From: Candidatus Limnocylindria bacterium
Lineage (GTDB): Bacteria > Chloroflexota > Limnocylindria > QHBO01
Assembly (NCBI GenBank): GCA_035708065.1
Contig: DASSTC010000057.1
Span: 2,788-66,787, forward strand
Direction of reading: 5' to 3'
DNA: 64,000 nucleotides
In this document: in pieces, positions 29,257 to 38,652 of the stretch
Position numbering within the stretch: the stretch's first letter is position 1
Layout: each line of letters begins with the position of its first letter
Notes under the pieces: model-generated
Databases searched by the model: none
Seen by the model: the letters and a program-made list of their open reading frames with translations, nothing else
Told to the model about the DNA's origin: nothing
Program-made: the position numbers and the translations under genes

Positions 29257-29469
29257 GTGGACGGACGAACGAGGAATCAGCTGGCGGTACGGACCGTCGT
29301 GGTCAGCTATCGCGCTGCCCTGCGGCACGCCCGCAACGGCGATCGAGAGCGGCTGCGCCGGCGCGCGCTGGAGCTCCTCGACGTCGTCGCCGTGCGTGTC
29401 GAGCCCGAGCACGACCCGGCCCTCATCCGGCTGCTGGACGAGGCCCGGGAGACGGTCGCCTCCACCTAG
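29257..29469 (+). CDS. small hypothetical protein (about 70 aa or shorter)
   Basis: High third-position GC in this frame and a helical R/E/L-rich sequence ...RRRALELLDVVAVRVEPEHDPALIRLLDEARETVAST. GTG start uncertain. Confidence 0.3.
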   Translation: MDGRTRNQLAVRTVVVSYRAALRHARNGDRERLRRRALELLDVVAVRVEPEHDPALIRLLDEARETVAST

Positions 29470-29479
29470 CCGCGAGCGG

Positions 29480-29555
29480 TGGAGCGGGAGACGGGGATCG
29501 AACCCGCGACATTCAGCTTGGAAGGCTGACGCTCTGCCAACTGAGCTACTCCCGC
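29480..29555 (-). tRNA. tRNA-Gly (anticodon UCC), CCA encoded
   Basis: Reverse complement GCGGGAG-TA-GCTC-AGTTGGCA-GAGC-G-TCAGC-CTTCCAA-GCTGA-ATGTC-GCGGG-TTCGATC-CCCGT-CTCCCGC-T-CCA folds as a 76-nt cloverleaf with TCC at positions 34-36. Confidence 0.95.
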
Positions 29556-29687
29556 ACCGCAAGCAACGCGCGCCAGACGATAACGCACTTCGGCACTCCG
29601 GCCAACCGACCGAGCGAACCCGCTGATCCCACGGCACGGAACGTGCGCCAGAGTCCACGCCCATCATCGCCCGCGGAGCCCCACGGA

Positions 29688-29888
29688 TTGGACCGACGCG
29701 ACATCGAGCTGCAGATTCGCATCATCCGGCTGACGTACCGTCGCGAGGCGCGCGACCACCGGTCGCGGACGCTGGACGACTTCCGCCGGCGGGCGAAGGA
29801 GATCATCGACGGCATCGCGCCGCTCGAGCCCGATCTCGAGCGGGAGCTCGACGACCTCCGCCGCGAGATCGGTTTGCTCGAGGACTAG
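29688..29888 (+). CDS. small hypothetical protein (66 aa)
   Basis: TTG start with GGAG upstream and high GC3. Helical charged sequence LDRRDIELQIRIIRLTYRREARD...LERELDDLRREIGLLED. Its stop overlaps the stop of the convergent receiver gene. Confidence 0.3.
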   Translation: MDRRDIELQIRIIRLTYRREARDHRSRTLDDFRRRAKEIIDGIAPLEPDLERELDDLRREIGLLED

Positions 29889-30274
29889 CCGGTCGCGGCG
29901 GCCAGCAGCTCGTCGATCTTGGCGATGAGCTCGTCGATCGCGAACGGCTTCTGCAGCCGCTCGACCAGGTGCGTCGTCTCGAGCTTGTCGCCGACCTCAC
30001 CCAGGGCGCGCTGGTCGGCGCTGCAGACGAGGATCGGGATCGATACCAGATCGTCGTCGGCCCGCACCTGCATCGCCATGTGCCAGCCGTGGAGCTCGTC
30101 GCTGCCCATCCGCAGATCGATGATCAGCAGCTCGGGGTTCGACTCCTTCACGTGCACCAGCGCATCGTCGCGGTCGCCGTCGATCAGGGTGACGGTGTGT
30201 CGCTCATCGGTCAGGATCTCGCCGACGAGCTCGAGGAAGTCGGGGTTGTCGTTCACGACGGTGATCCGCGGCAC
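29885..30274 (-). CDS. single-domain response regulator (CheY-like receiver)
   Basis: LLIIDLRM phospho-acceptor Asp, VCSA and KPF motifs; GTG start with GGAGA SD. The acidic pocket reads NDN rather than DD. Confidence 0.85.
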   Translation of the reverse strand: MPRITVVNDNPDFLELVGEILTDERHTVTLIDGDRDDALVHVKESNPELLIIDLRMGSDELHGWHMAMQVRADDDLVSIPILVCSADQRALGEVGDKLETTHLVERLQKPFAIDELIAKIDELLAAATG

Positions 30275-30336
30275 TGGCCTTTTCTCCGATCCGGCCCGGC
30301 GGGCTCATGAAGCAGCGCGAATTCTACGCCGCAGGC

Positions 30337-30876
30337 TCAACCAGTGCTCGCGGTGCGGCGGCTGACGAACTCGGCGACGCGGTCGAGCGCATCGTCGAGC
30401 ACCGGACCAAGGCCGTGGCCGACCCGCGCGTACGTCACCAGCTGCCCGTGCGACAGTCGCTCGACGGCCTTCCGCAGCAGACCGATGTCGGCGAACGGAT
30501 CCGACTCGCCGGACAACAGCAGCACCGGGCAGTCGATCGACAACCAGTGAGCCGTGCGCTCCTCCCAGCGCTCACGGCGGCCGGGCGGGTGCAGCGGATA
30601 GGAGAGCAGCACGAGGCCGGCGACCTCGACGTCGGCGGCGAGCAGCGACGCGACGCGGCCGCCGAACGAATGGCCTCCGATCATCGTCCGCTCCGAGCCG
30701 AGCTCCGCCAGCAGCCGGCGGTAGACGGCGAGCGCCGGATCCGTCCGGCCACGTGGCAGCGCGATCGCCCGTGCCTGGACGCCCCGCCGCTGGAGGCCGC
30801 GCACATGTGGCGCCAGCCGCTCGACGCCGCCGGATGCGCCCGGCGCCAGCAGCAGCCCAGCCGATCGCCTCGTCAT
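30337..30876 (-). CDS. small alpha/beta hydrolase (dienelactone-hydrolase / KANL3-like)
   Basis: 179 aa with GGHSFGG nucleophile elbow and LLSGESDPF / GHGL late motifs. The rest of the track ORF is Arg-rich shadow. Confidence 0.75.
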   Translation of the reverse strand: MTRRSAGLLLAPGASGGVERLAPHVRGLQRRGVQARAIALPRGRTDPALAVYRRLLAELGSERTMIGGHSFGGRVASLLAADVEVAGLVLLSYPLHPPGRRERWEERTAHWLSIDCPVLLLSGESDPFADIGLLRKAVERLSHGQLVTYARVGHGLGPVLDDALDRVAEFVSRRTASTG

Positions 30877-30945
30877 CGGTCGAGGATACGCAGCGCGCTG
30901 CCCGAGGGCCTGCTCGCTTGCGGATCGTGACGTGGCTGATAGGCT

Positions 30946-31860
30946 GTGCGGCGGATCCATACCGAGCCCCCGAGTCAAGTGCCCGCAGTTCACATCCAGC
31001 ATCGGACCGGCCGCGCCCTCGGCTGGCGCCAGCGTGCCGCGATCGGTGCGTTCCTGGCGCTCCTGCTCGTCGGCCTGCTGCCCGGGCTGGTGGCCGCCGG
31101 TGGACCGGTCGCCGGCGCCGATGTCGAGCATGCCGCCACGGGCAAGGGTCCGCCGGCCCCAGCTCCCATCGGGTACGACGTCAGCTATCCGCAGTGCGAC
31201 GACGTGCTGCCCGCCAACGTTGCCTTCGGGATCGTTGGCGTGAACCGCGGGATCGTGTTCAGCCCGAATCCGTGCCTCGGCGCCGGGAATCGGCCAAGCC
31301 AGCTGGCGTGGGCTGGAACCGACGCCGAGCTGTATGCCAACACCGGCAACCCCGGGCCGGACGTGTCGTCCCACTGGCCCGTCGGGCAGATTGAGCCGCG
31401 CGTGTGCGACGCGGCGACTCCGGATTCGGCCGGATGCGCCTTCGACTACGGCTTGAACGCCGCTGCCGACTCGTACGCCACGGCGGTGGCGGCGTACGTC
31501 TCGCTGGGCTGGGCGGATGCCGGTGTGACGCGGACGCCGGTCGCCAACCACTGGTGGCTCGACGTCGAGACCGCCAACTCGTGGCGCGACGACACGTCGC
31601 TGAACGTCGCCGCGCTGCAGGGGGCGGTTGCCTACCTCGAGTCCGTCGACGTCGCGAGCGTCGGCTTCTACTCCGCGCCGCGGATGTGGAGCCGCATCAC
31701 GGGCGACACCGACGCGTTCGCCGGCTATCGAAGCTGGGTCGCCGGGGCGAGCACGCTGCAGGGCGCGCAGCGGAATTGCCGGGGCGACGGCTTCACCCGT
31801 GGCGGCGTGGAGCTGGCGCAGTACTTCTCAGGCGGGTTCGACGCCGACCATCGCTGCTGA
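30946..31860 (+). CDS. secreted hypothetical protein (glycoside-hydrolase-like / DUF1906-like fold suspected)
   Basis: N-terminal hydrophobic segment AAIGAFLALLLVGLLPGLVAAG, then GYDVSYPQC...WWLDVE...GFYS pattern. GTG start uncertain. Confidence 0.6.
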   Translation: MRRIHTEPPSQVPAVHIQHRTGRALGWRQRAAIGAFLALLLVGLLPGLVAAGGPVAGADVEHAATGKGPPAPAPIGYDVSYPQCDDVLPANVAFGIVGVNRGIVFSPNPCLGAGNRPSQLAWAGTDAELYANTGNPGPDVSSHWPVGQIEPRVCDAATPDSAGCAFDYGLNAAADSYATAVAAYVSLGWADAGVTRTPVANHWWLDVETANSWRDDTSLNVAALQGAVAYLESVDVASVGFYSAPRMWSRITGDTDAFAGYRSWVAGASTLQGAQRNCRGDGFTRGGVELAQYFSGGFDADHRC

Positions 31861-33570
31861 TAATGACGCGCCAGGCAGACCGATGCTGAACGTGCTGCCC
31901 TGCTCGCTGCCGGGGCTCGATGCCCGGATCCAGCCGCCGTGGCGGTTCACGATCTCGCGACACACCGCCAGGCCCATGCCCATGCCCGCGGCACGCACGT
32001 TGGCGTCGCGCGTGCGGTGGAACGGCTGGAAGATCGCCTCGAGCTGATCGGCCGGGATGCCCAGGCCGGTGTCGCTGATGTCGATGCGTGCCTCGTCGCC
32101 GTCGAGCCACAGCCGGAGGTTGACCGCATCGCCGTCCGATGAGTACTTCAGCGCGTTGTCGAGCACGTTGAACAGCACCTGCTCGATCCGGGTCTCGTCC
32201 CAGGTGCCGACGATGTCCCCGTCCTCGGGAAGGTCGAAGCTCAGGTCGACATTCGTGGCGTAGCGGCCCTCGGTCTGTTGCACGTTGACCCCCTCGAGGG
32301 TCGAGCGCACCACGGCGGACAGGTTCATCGGCCGGGGAACCGGCACGAGCGAGCCCGAATGCAGGCGGGTCACGTCGAGGAGGTCGCCGACGAGCTGGGT
32401 GAGTCGCTCGCTGGCGCGATCGACCTGGCGTACCGTCCGGCCCAGGCGCGCCGCCTCCAGGTTGATCGTCGTCGAACCGGGCGCCGCCTCCCGCTGCCGC
32501 TCGACCAGCCGCTCGAGCGACTGCGCGTAGCCGCGCACGATGGTCACCGGCGTCAGCAGCTCGTGCGCGGCCACCTGCAGGAAGCGGTCGCGCAGCGTCA
32601 CCGCATCGGCCGCTTCGCGGTAGAGCCGCGAGTTCTGCACCGCCAGGCCCGCGCGTGCGCCGAGCAGCTCCGCGACCGACAGGTCGCGGGGACCGTAGCT
32701 CCGCTTCGATTCTGAGATGACGAGCGTGATCGCCCCGATCACCCGTTCCCCGGCGAGCAGCGGGGCGACGATGGCGGAACGGATGCCGAGCTGGCGCATC
32801 AGCTCGACGTACTCGGGCCCGTAGCGTGCCGCATCCGGCGACGCGGCGAGCTGCTCGTCGGTGACCTCGGCGGCGAGCATGGCCCTGCCGGTCTGCATCA
32901 CCGAGTACACCCCGGTCGGCGCATCGGGATTCGGCGGGAAGCGGCTCCGGAACTCCTCGGCGAAGGCGAGCTTCGCCGTATCGCTGTGGTGGATCCCGAC
33001 GCGCTGGACGCCGCCCTCGTCGTCGAGCACGTCGATCGCGCACCAGTCCGCGAACACCGGAACGGCCAGGCGGGCGAGGTTGCGCAGCGTCTCCTCGTAA
33101 TCGAGCGACGCCGACAGCACGGCGCCGGCGTCGGACAGGAAGCGCAGCGCCTGCGAGGCCTGCTTCTCGTCGGTCACGTCGTGGAACGTGTTCACGACCT
33201 GCGTCACCCGGCCGTCGGCGTCGAGGATCGGCTCCGAGCGGACCACGGCGTAGCGTTCCTCGCCGGTCGCCTTCACCCGGAAGCGCAGCACGATCGGCGG
33301 GGAGACCTCGCCGAGCAGGGCACGACGTCCGGGCAGCTCGTCGCGCTCGAGCGGCGTGCCGTCCTCGTGGAGCAACTGGAAGCGGTCCAGGACCTCACCG
33401 GGCGCCGCGTCGAGCAGCTCCTCCAGCTCGGTGAATCCGATCAACGCCAGGCCTGCCGGATTGGCATAGACCAAACGGCCGCTCGGCTCCTGGATGGTGA
33501 TTCCCTCGGTGACGCGGGACAGGATCGGGTCGAGCCGGTCGATCTCGACCAGGGGGTTCTCGGCTGCCAT
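31828..33570 (-). CDS. PAS/GAF sensor histidine kinase
   Basis: H-box AAHELLTPVT and HATPase blocks NALKYS, DTGLGIP, GMGMGLAV; N-terminal PAS-like and GAF-like regions. ATG 33570 chosen (GGAG upstream). Confidence 0.85.
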   Translation of the reverse strand: MAAENPLVEIDRLDPILSRVTEGITIQEPSGRLVYANPAGLALIGFTELEELLDAAPGEVLDRFQLLHEDGTPLERDELPGRRALLGEVSPPIVLRFRVKATGEERYAVVRSEPILDADGRVTQVVNTFHDVTDEKQASQALRFLSDAGAVLSASLDYEETLRNLARLAVPVFADWCAIDVLDDEGGVQRVGIHHSDTAKLAFAEEFRSRFPPNPDAPTGVYSVMQTGRAMLAAEVTDEQLAASPDAARYGPEYVELMRQLGIRSAIVAPLLAGERVIGAITLVISESKRSYGPRDLSVAELLGARAGLAVQNSRLYREAADAVTLRDRFLQVAAHELLTPVTIVRGYAQSLERLVERQREAAPGSTTINLEAARLGRTVRQVDRASERLTQLVGDLLDVTRLHSGSLVPVPRPMNLSAVVRSTLEGVNVQQTEGRYATNVDLSFDLPEDGDIVGTWDETRIEQVLFNVLDNALKYSSDGDAVNLRLWLDGDEARIDISDTGLGIPADQLEAIFQPFHRTRDANVRAAGMGMGLAVCREIVNRHGGWIRASSPGSEQGSTFSIGLPGASLSAAMVGVEPA

Positions 33571-33592
33571 TGCCACGGCTCCGCCTCGGTGG

Positions 33593-33967
33593 TCAGCCGG
33601 CGCAGAGCTCGTCGACCGTGTTGAGCAGGTCGTCGAGCTGAAGCGGCTTGCCGAGCCAGCTCCTGGCACCGAGCCTGGGCGCATCGGAGGCGAAGCGTGG
33701 GTTGGCCGCGATGATCACGAACGGGATGTCACGCAGCTGCTCGTCGCGACGCAGCTCCTCGGCGAAATCCCAGCCGTTCATGCGCGGCATCATCAGGTCG
33801 AGCAGGATCATGCACGGACGGGACGTGCCACCGCGCAGGGCATCGAGGGCCGCGGCCCCGTCCGGCGCGGTCATCACCTCGTGTCCCTCGCTGCTCAGCA
33901 CATCCTCGAGCATCTCGCGAACCGCCGGCTCGTCGTCGACGACAAGCACGGTGTGGGCCTGGTGCAT
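33593..33967 (-). CDS. single-domain response regulator
   Basis: VLVVDDEP, ILLDLMMP and KP motifs; 124 aa; 22 nt upstream of the kinase gene. Confidence 0.85.
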   Translation of the reverse strand: MHQAHTVLVVDDEPAVREMLEDVLSSEGHEVMTAPDGAAALDALRGGTSRPCMILLDLMMPRMNGWDFAEELRRDEQLRDIPFVIIAANPRFASDAPRLGARSWLGKPLQLDDLLNTVDELCAG

Positions 33968-34002
33968 GTGATCGCCCGCCCCAGCAATCCGCGGGCCAGC
34001 CA

Positions 34003-35031
34003 TCAAGGGGCGAGCCGCTCGGCGAGAAAACGTAGCGCGCTCGGGTAGCGCCACTCGATGTTGGCGTGCGTGCCGTCGAACAGCTCGAACCGGACGGCAT
34101 CGGTCACGCCGAGCTTCTCGAGCTCGTCGCGAAACGCCTCCGCGCCGAGGTCGAGGTAGAAGTCATCCGAGCGGCCGGCATCGATCCAGATGGCGCGCAT
34201 CGAGCGCAGGTCGTCGGCATGTGCGGCGGCCATCCGCACCGGGTCCCAGGCGAGCCAGCGCTCCCAGACATCCGGCCGCAGGCGGCCGGTGCGCAGGTCG
34301 AACGGAAGCTGGACCGTGCCGTCGGCATCGGCAGAGTAGCAGGCGGCCATGCAGTACATGTTGAGCAGGGCGCCATCGGTCTTCTTCGGACGCCCCGGGC
34401 GTGCGCGCAGGTCCGCCCAGAAGGCGTCGTAGCTGAAGTCGTACGCGTCGCGCAGCGCGCGGACCGCCTCGCGGATGTCCGGCTGGTAGCTGACCTCGAA
34501 GAGCGCGTCGCCCGCGTGGGTCGCCAGCCCGCCGAACAGGTCGGGACGCAGCATCGGCGTGACCATGGCGCCGTAGCCGCCGCTCGACTTCCCGGCGATG
34601 CCGCGGTGGTCGCGGTCGGCCATGGTCCGGTACCCGGCATCGACGAACGGCACGACCTCGTCGCACAGGTAGGTGTGGTAGCGGCCGGTCGCCGGGGAGT
34701 CGAGGAACTGGCTGCCCCCCAGGCTGGTCCAGCAGTCGACGAAGACCACGATCGCCGGCGTGGCGCCGCGCTCGGCGAAGGCCGCGTCGATCAGCTCCGG
34801 CGGGTTGGGGGCGAATGCCTTGCGGTTGCGCCACATGTCGAGCTGGCCGGTCAGGCCCTGGATGACATACAGGCTCGGGTAGCGCCGCTCGGCGTCATCG
34901 TCGTAGCCGGGCGGGGTGTAGACCCAGATCGGACGCCGATGCGGGTCGCCCAGCGGATTGCCGGTCAGGGCCTGGCTGTCGATGACGTGCTCGTCCAGGT
35001 GACCGGCGAAGTCGCGGCTCCATGGCTGCAT
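34003..35031 (-). CDS. esterase-family alpha/beta hydrolase (putative esterase / esterase D-like)
   Basis: 342 aa with GKSSGGYGA nucleophile elbow and the YTPPGYDD...YPSLYV pattern of the putative-esterase family. Confidence 0.8.
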   Translation of the reverse strand: MQPWSRDFAGHLDEHVIDSQALTGNPLGDPHRRPIWVYTPPGYDDDAERRYPSLYVIQGLTGQLDMWRNRKAFAPNPPELIDAAFAERGATPAIVVFVDCWTSLGGSQFLDSPATGRYHTYLCDEVVPFVDAGYRTMADRDHRGIAGKSSGGYGAMVTPMLRPDLFGGLATHAGDALFEVSYQPDIREAVRALRDAYDFSYDAFWADLRARPGRPKKTDGALLNMYCMAACYSADADGTVQLPFDLRTGRLRPDVWERWLAWDPVRMAAAHADDLRSMRAIWIDAGRSDDFYLDLGAEAFRDELEKLGVTDAVRFELFDGTHANIEWRYPSALRFLAERLAP

Positions 35032-35060
35032 CCGCGCACCATAGCAGCGGCCGCGGGGCG

Positions 35061-35807
35061 TCAGACGGTCTCGCCGGCGATCTCGAAGCGCTGCAGGCGC
35101 CGGATGGCGAGGGCGGTGGCTCCCACGAGCAGGATCGCGCCCACGACGAGCGCGGTCGTCAGGTCGAGCTGCGCATCCAGCACCGTGGTCGGCGCATCCG
35201 ACAGGGCATCGGCCACGGCGAGCGTGATCTGCCGGACGCTCAGCACGCGCGTGCCGGCGAACAGGCCGGCCAGCAGCCCCTCCCAGACCAGGACGTAGAG
35301 CAGCCCGAAGATCAGCGCGCGGCTGGTGAGCAGGCTGAACGCCAGGAACATGGCGACGTAGATCACCGATCCGACGGCGGCCGCCACCACGAAGCCGAGG
35401 ACGAGGCCATCTGCCGGACCGTGAGCCGCCAGCAGCCCGGCGAGCAGCACCGGCACGCCGGTGAGCAGCACCGCTCCGCCGGCCGCGACCACGAGCTTGG
35501 TCAGCACGACCGACGTGCGCGAGATGGGTTTGGCCAACAGGTAGACCGCCGTGCCGTCCTCGATCTCGGCGCCGAGCGCCGCCGTTCCGAGCAGCAGTGC
35601 CACGAGCGGCATGAGCACCGCCAGCCCGAAGTTCTGGAGCAGCCGGCCGGCGAAGCGCTCGCTGCCCGCCTCACCGCCGCTCGCCGCGCGGTTGAGGAAG
35701 TAGATGAGCGCCACCAGCACCATCAGTCCGCCGAGCAGCAGGAGGAGCAGCAGCCGGCGGCGGCCGAGCAGCTGGCGGAGCGTCAGGCGCGCGATGACGG
35801 CGTTCAT
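35061..35807 (-). CDS. ABC-2-type transporter permease
   Basis: 248 aa, six hydrophobic segments, directly downstream of an ABC ATPase. Confidence 0.75.
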   Translation of the reverse strand: MNAVIARLTLRQLLGRRRLLLLLLLGGLMVLVALIYFLNRAASGGEAGSERFAGRLLQNFGLAVLMPLVALLLGTAALGAEIEDGTAVYLLAKPISRTSVVLTKLVVAAGGAVLLTGVPVLLAGLLAAHGPADGLVLGFVVAAAVGSVIYVAMFLAFSLLTSRALIFGLLYVLVWEGLLAGLFAGTRVLSVRQITLAVADALSDAPTTVLDAQLDLTTALVVGAILLVGATALAIRRLQRFEIAGETV

Positions 35808-35817
35808 GCCCCGATGC

Positions 35818-36804
35818 TCATCGGCGCACCAGGTAGCTGAAGACCGATTCGAGGGACTCGTCGGTCGGCAGCAGCTCGTGGAGCGACACGCCGGCGCGGC
35901 GTGCCAGGCCGGTGACGCTGCGGCTGAACGCGCCGAAGTCGGTGCTGCGCACGGTCAGCATCCCGTCGTCGAGCGATACGCCGGCGATGCTCGGCTGGGT
36001 CACCAGCACCGCGGCGAGAGCCCGGTCGTCCGAGGAGCGGACCGTGAAGGTGTGCGGCCGGTCGGTCATCAGCCGGCGGATCTCGCGGAAGTCGCCCGAG
36101 GCGGCGAGGCGGCCGGCCACGATGACCAGCACCTGCTCGGCCAGACGGCCGACCTCCTCGAGGATGTGCGAGCTGAACAGGATCGTGCGGCCTTCGGCGG
36201 CCATGCGGCGCAGCAGCTCCATCATGTGGAGCCGCTGCCGCGGGTCCATGCCGTTGAACGGCTCGTCGAGCAGCAGGATCGGCGGGTCGTGGACCAGCGC
36301 CGACGCGACCTTGATGCGCTGTCGCATGCCCTTCGAGTAGGTGCCGATCCGGCGGTCCTCGGTGGCGGCCATCTCCACGTGGCCGATCGCGCGAGTCGCA
36401 GCGGCCTCCGGATCCGCAAGCTGGTGCAGGCGCGCGCTGGCGGTCACGAACTCGCGCCCGGTGAGGAAGGTGTAGGCCGATTCGCGTTCCGGAACCAGGC
36501 CGATGCGGCGGTACACCTCCGGGTTGCCGAAGGTCGGCGTGCCCTCGACCGCCACGCTGCCGGTCGACGGTCGCAGGAAGCCGGACAGCATGTGCAGCAG
36601 GGTCGACTTGCCCGCGCCGTTCGGGCCGAGCAGCCCGGTGACGCCGCCGCTCAGCGAGAAGCTGACGTCGTTGATGGCGACGACGTTGCCGTACCAGCGC
36701 GAGACGTGGTCGACGGCCAGCGCCGGCGTCGTGACCGGTTCGGCCGGCACGACCGGCTCCGCCGGGGCGGGCTCGACGCCAGCGATCGGTGTCGGATCGG
36801 TCAT
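35818..36804 (-). CDS. ABC transporter ATP-binding protein
   Basis: GPNGAGKSTLL Walker A, YSKGMRQR signature, LLLDEPFNGMD Walker B; ATGA overlap with the upstream permease. Confidence 0.9.
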   Translation of the reverse strand: MTDPTPIAGVEPAPAEPVVPAEPVTTPALAVDHVSRWYGNVVAINDVSFSLSGGVTGLLGPNGAGKSTLLHMLSGFLRPSTGSVAVEGTPTFGNPEVYRRIGLVPERESAYTFLTGREFVTASARLHQLADPEAAATRAIGHVEMAATEDRRIGTYSKGMRQRIKVASALVHDPPILLLDEPFNGMDPRQRLHMMELLRRMAAEGRTILFSSHILEEVGRLAEQVLVIVAGRLAASGDFREIRRLMTDRPHTFTVRSSDDRALAAVLVTQPSIAGVSLDDGMLTVRSTDFGAFSRSVTGLARRAGVSLHELLPTDESLESVFSYLVRR

Positions 36805-37706
36805 GCCTGGATCCGCCGGTAGCGGACGACGATCACGGCGATGCCGACGACCCACACCGCCGCGAGCGCGGCGAGGTACCACCACGCCGGGTTGTCGACG
36901 ATGCCCTCCCGGTTCGTTGGCATGGCGATGCCGGTGAACAGCCACTGGTTGACGGCGTCGGCCACGCCCACCGGGTCGAGCAGCGGCGCCCAGGCGATCG
37001 GCGGCGACCCGATGTTGCTCAGCATGGCGCTGACGATCGCCGTCACCAGGAAGAAGGCGATGATCGCGCCGGTGGCGTATGCGCGGCGCGGCGTGAACGC
37101 GGCGATCGCCAGGCCGATGATCGCCAGCGTCAGCGAGTAGACCAGCGAGCTGACGGCGATCTGGATCAGCTTCGGCACCTCGTCGCCGAGGGCGGCGAGG
37201 ACATCGGTCGCCGACAGCACCTTGCCAGCGAACAGCACGAGCTGCGGTGCCACGGTGAGCACCAGCAGCGCGGCGGTCAGCGCCGCAAGCTTCGCCGCGG
37301 CGTAGTCGAGGCGCAGGATCGCGTGGCTGAAGTAGAGCGACAGCACCCGGTTGCGCTGGTCGCCGCCGACGAGCTCCGGCGCCTGCGCGGCGACGAACAG
37401 GGTGAGCGCCACCTGGATCTGGGACAGGTAGTTGTCGTAGCTGAACGGCTGGATCGCGTTCCCGACGAGCGCCACGATGCCGACCGCGATCCCTGCGGGG
37501 AGCAGTGCGATGATCGTCAGTCCCCACGGCACGATCTTGGCGCGGCCGCTGCGTCCGAGGCCGAACGCCGCGCGCCAGCTCGACCAGAAGAGCGTGGCGA
37601 TCGCCGCTCGCCGGCCGAGGCGCGGGCCGTCGTAGCCCTGGTAGCCGAGGTCGTAGATGGCGCCGCTGCGCGCGGTCGCGGTCGCGGCGCTCGGCTCAGG
37701 CTGCAT
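36801..37706 (-). CDS. ABC-2-type transporter permease
   Basis: 301 aa polytopic protein with N-terminal IYDLGYQGYDGPRLGR block; overlaps the upstream ATPase by 11 nt. Confidence 0.75.
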   Translation of the reverse strand: MQPEPSAATATARSGAIYDLGYQGYDGPRLGRRAAIATLFWSSWRAAFGLGRSGRAKIVPWGLTIIALLPAGIAVGIVALVGNAIQPFSYDNYLSQIQVALTLFVAAQAPELVGGDQRNRVLSLYFSHAILRLDYAAAKLAALTAALLVLTVAPQLVLFAGKVLSATDVLAALGDEVPKLIQIAVSSLVYSLTLAIIGLAIAAFTPRRAYATGAIIAFFLVTAIVSAMLSNIGSPPIAWAPLLDPVGVADAVNQWLFTGIAMPTNREGIVDNPAWWYLAALAAVWVVGIAVIVVRYRRIQA

Positions 37707-38610
37707 CGTCGGCGGCTCCGCTGAACAGGTCCTCGAGCCGATGGCGGCGCTGCTCCATGCGCAGCAGCGCCAGGTCGAGCTCGTCGACGGTGTCGCGCAC
37801 GACGTCGTAGGGCTCGGCGTTCGGCAGGTCCACGAGCACGATCTGGCCGTCGAGCCGCGCGGTCAGGCCGTGGTCGACCAGGCGTCGCACCAGCAGCTCG
37901 GCGCCCTCCTCGACCTCCACCGCCAGCGTGCCGGTGCGCTCGGTGAACGAGGCGATCGGGGCGGCGCGCAGCAACTTGCCGCCGTCGATGGCCAGCAGGA
38001 AGTTGCAGACCCGCTCGATCTCGCCGAGCAGGTGGCTGGCGACGATGGTGGTGATGCCGAACTCGGTGCCGGTGCGCTTCACCAGGTCGAGCATCTCGTC
38101 GCGCCCGGCCGGGTCGAGGCCGTTCGTCGGTTCGTCGAGGAGCAGGAGCTTCGGGTCGTGGACCAGCGCCTGTGCCAGCTTGACGCGCTGCTTCATGCCG
38201 GTCGAGTAGCCGCCGATCGCTCGATAGCGCTCCTCGTACAGCCCGACGTGGCGCAGCACCTCGGCGGTTCGCTCGCGGGAGGCATCGGCTGGCAGCCCGG
38301 CCATGCGGCCCATGTGCGTGACGAAGTCGGTGGCCGACAGGTCCGGTGGCAGCGAGTCGTGTTCCGGCAGGTAGCCGACGAACTGGCGGATCCGGGTCCC
38401 CTGCGTCGCGACATCCATGTCCATGACGCTGACGCTGCCGCTGGTCGGCGCGAGCAGGCCGAGCAGGATCTTGATCAGCGTGCTCTTGCCGGCGCCGTTG
38501 GCGCCGACCAGGCCGATGATGCCGGGCTCGACGTCGAGCGTCAGCCCGTCCAGGGCGGTGACTCCCCCGGGATAACGCTTCGTCAGGGCTCGGGCTGAGA
38601 TGAGCGGCAT
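37696..38610 (-). CDS. ABC transporter ATP-binding protein
   Basis: GANGAGKSTL Walker A, YSTGMKQR signature, LLLDEPTNGLD Walker B. Confidence 0.9.
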   Translation of the reverse strand: MPLISARALTKRYPGGVTALDGLTLDVEPGIIGLVGANGAGKSTLIKILLGLLAPTSGSVSVMDMDVATQGTRIRQFVGYLPEHDSLPPDLSATDFVTHMGRMAGLPADASRERTAEVLRHVGLYEERYRAIGGYSTGMKQRVKLAQALVHDPKLLLLDEPTNGLDPAGRDEMLDLVKRTGTEFGITTIVASHLLGEIERVCNFLLAIDGGKLLRAAPIASFTERTGTLAVEVEEGAELLVRRLVDHGLTARLDGQIVLVDLPNAEPYDVVRDTVDELDLALLRMEQRRHRLEDLFSGAADDAA

Positions 38611-38652
38611 CTGCCGCGTAAGTCTAGCGGGCGCTTCCCCGCCTCTCGACGG

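Noticed and set aside
29189-29900. tRNA-Gly as an integration hotspot for a genomic island
   Set aside because: There is no integrase, no direct repeat of the tRNA 3' end, and no compositional shift that I can see on either side.
30931-30945. GCTGATAGG 9-mer shared with the right arm of the palindromic repeat, just upstream of the 30946 gene
   Set aside because: Only 9 nt match and the flanks diverge completely. A 9-mer match is expected by chance about once in a window of this size.
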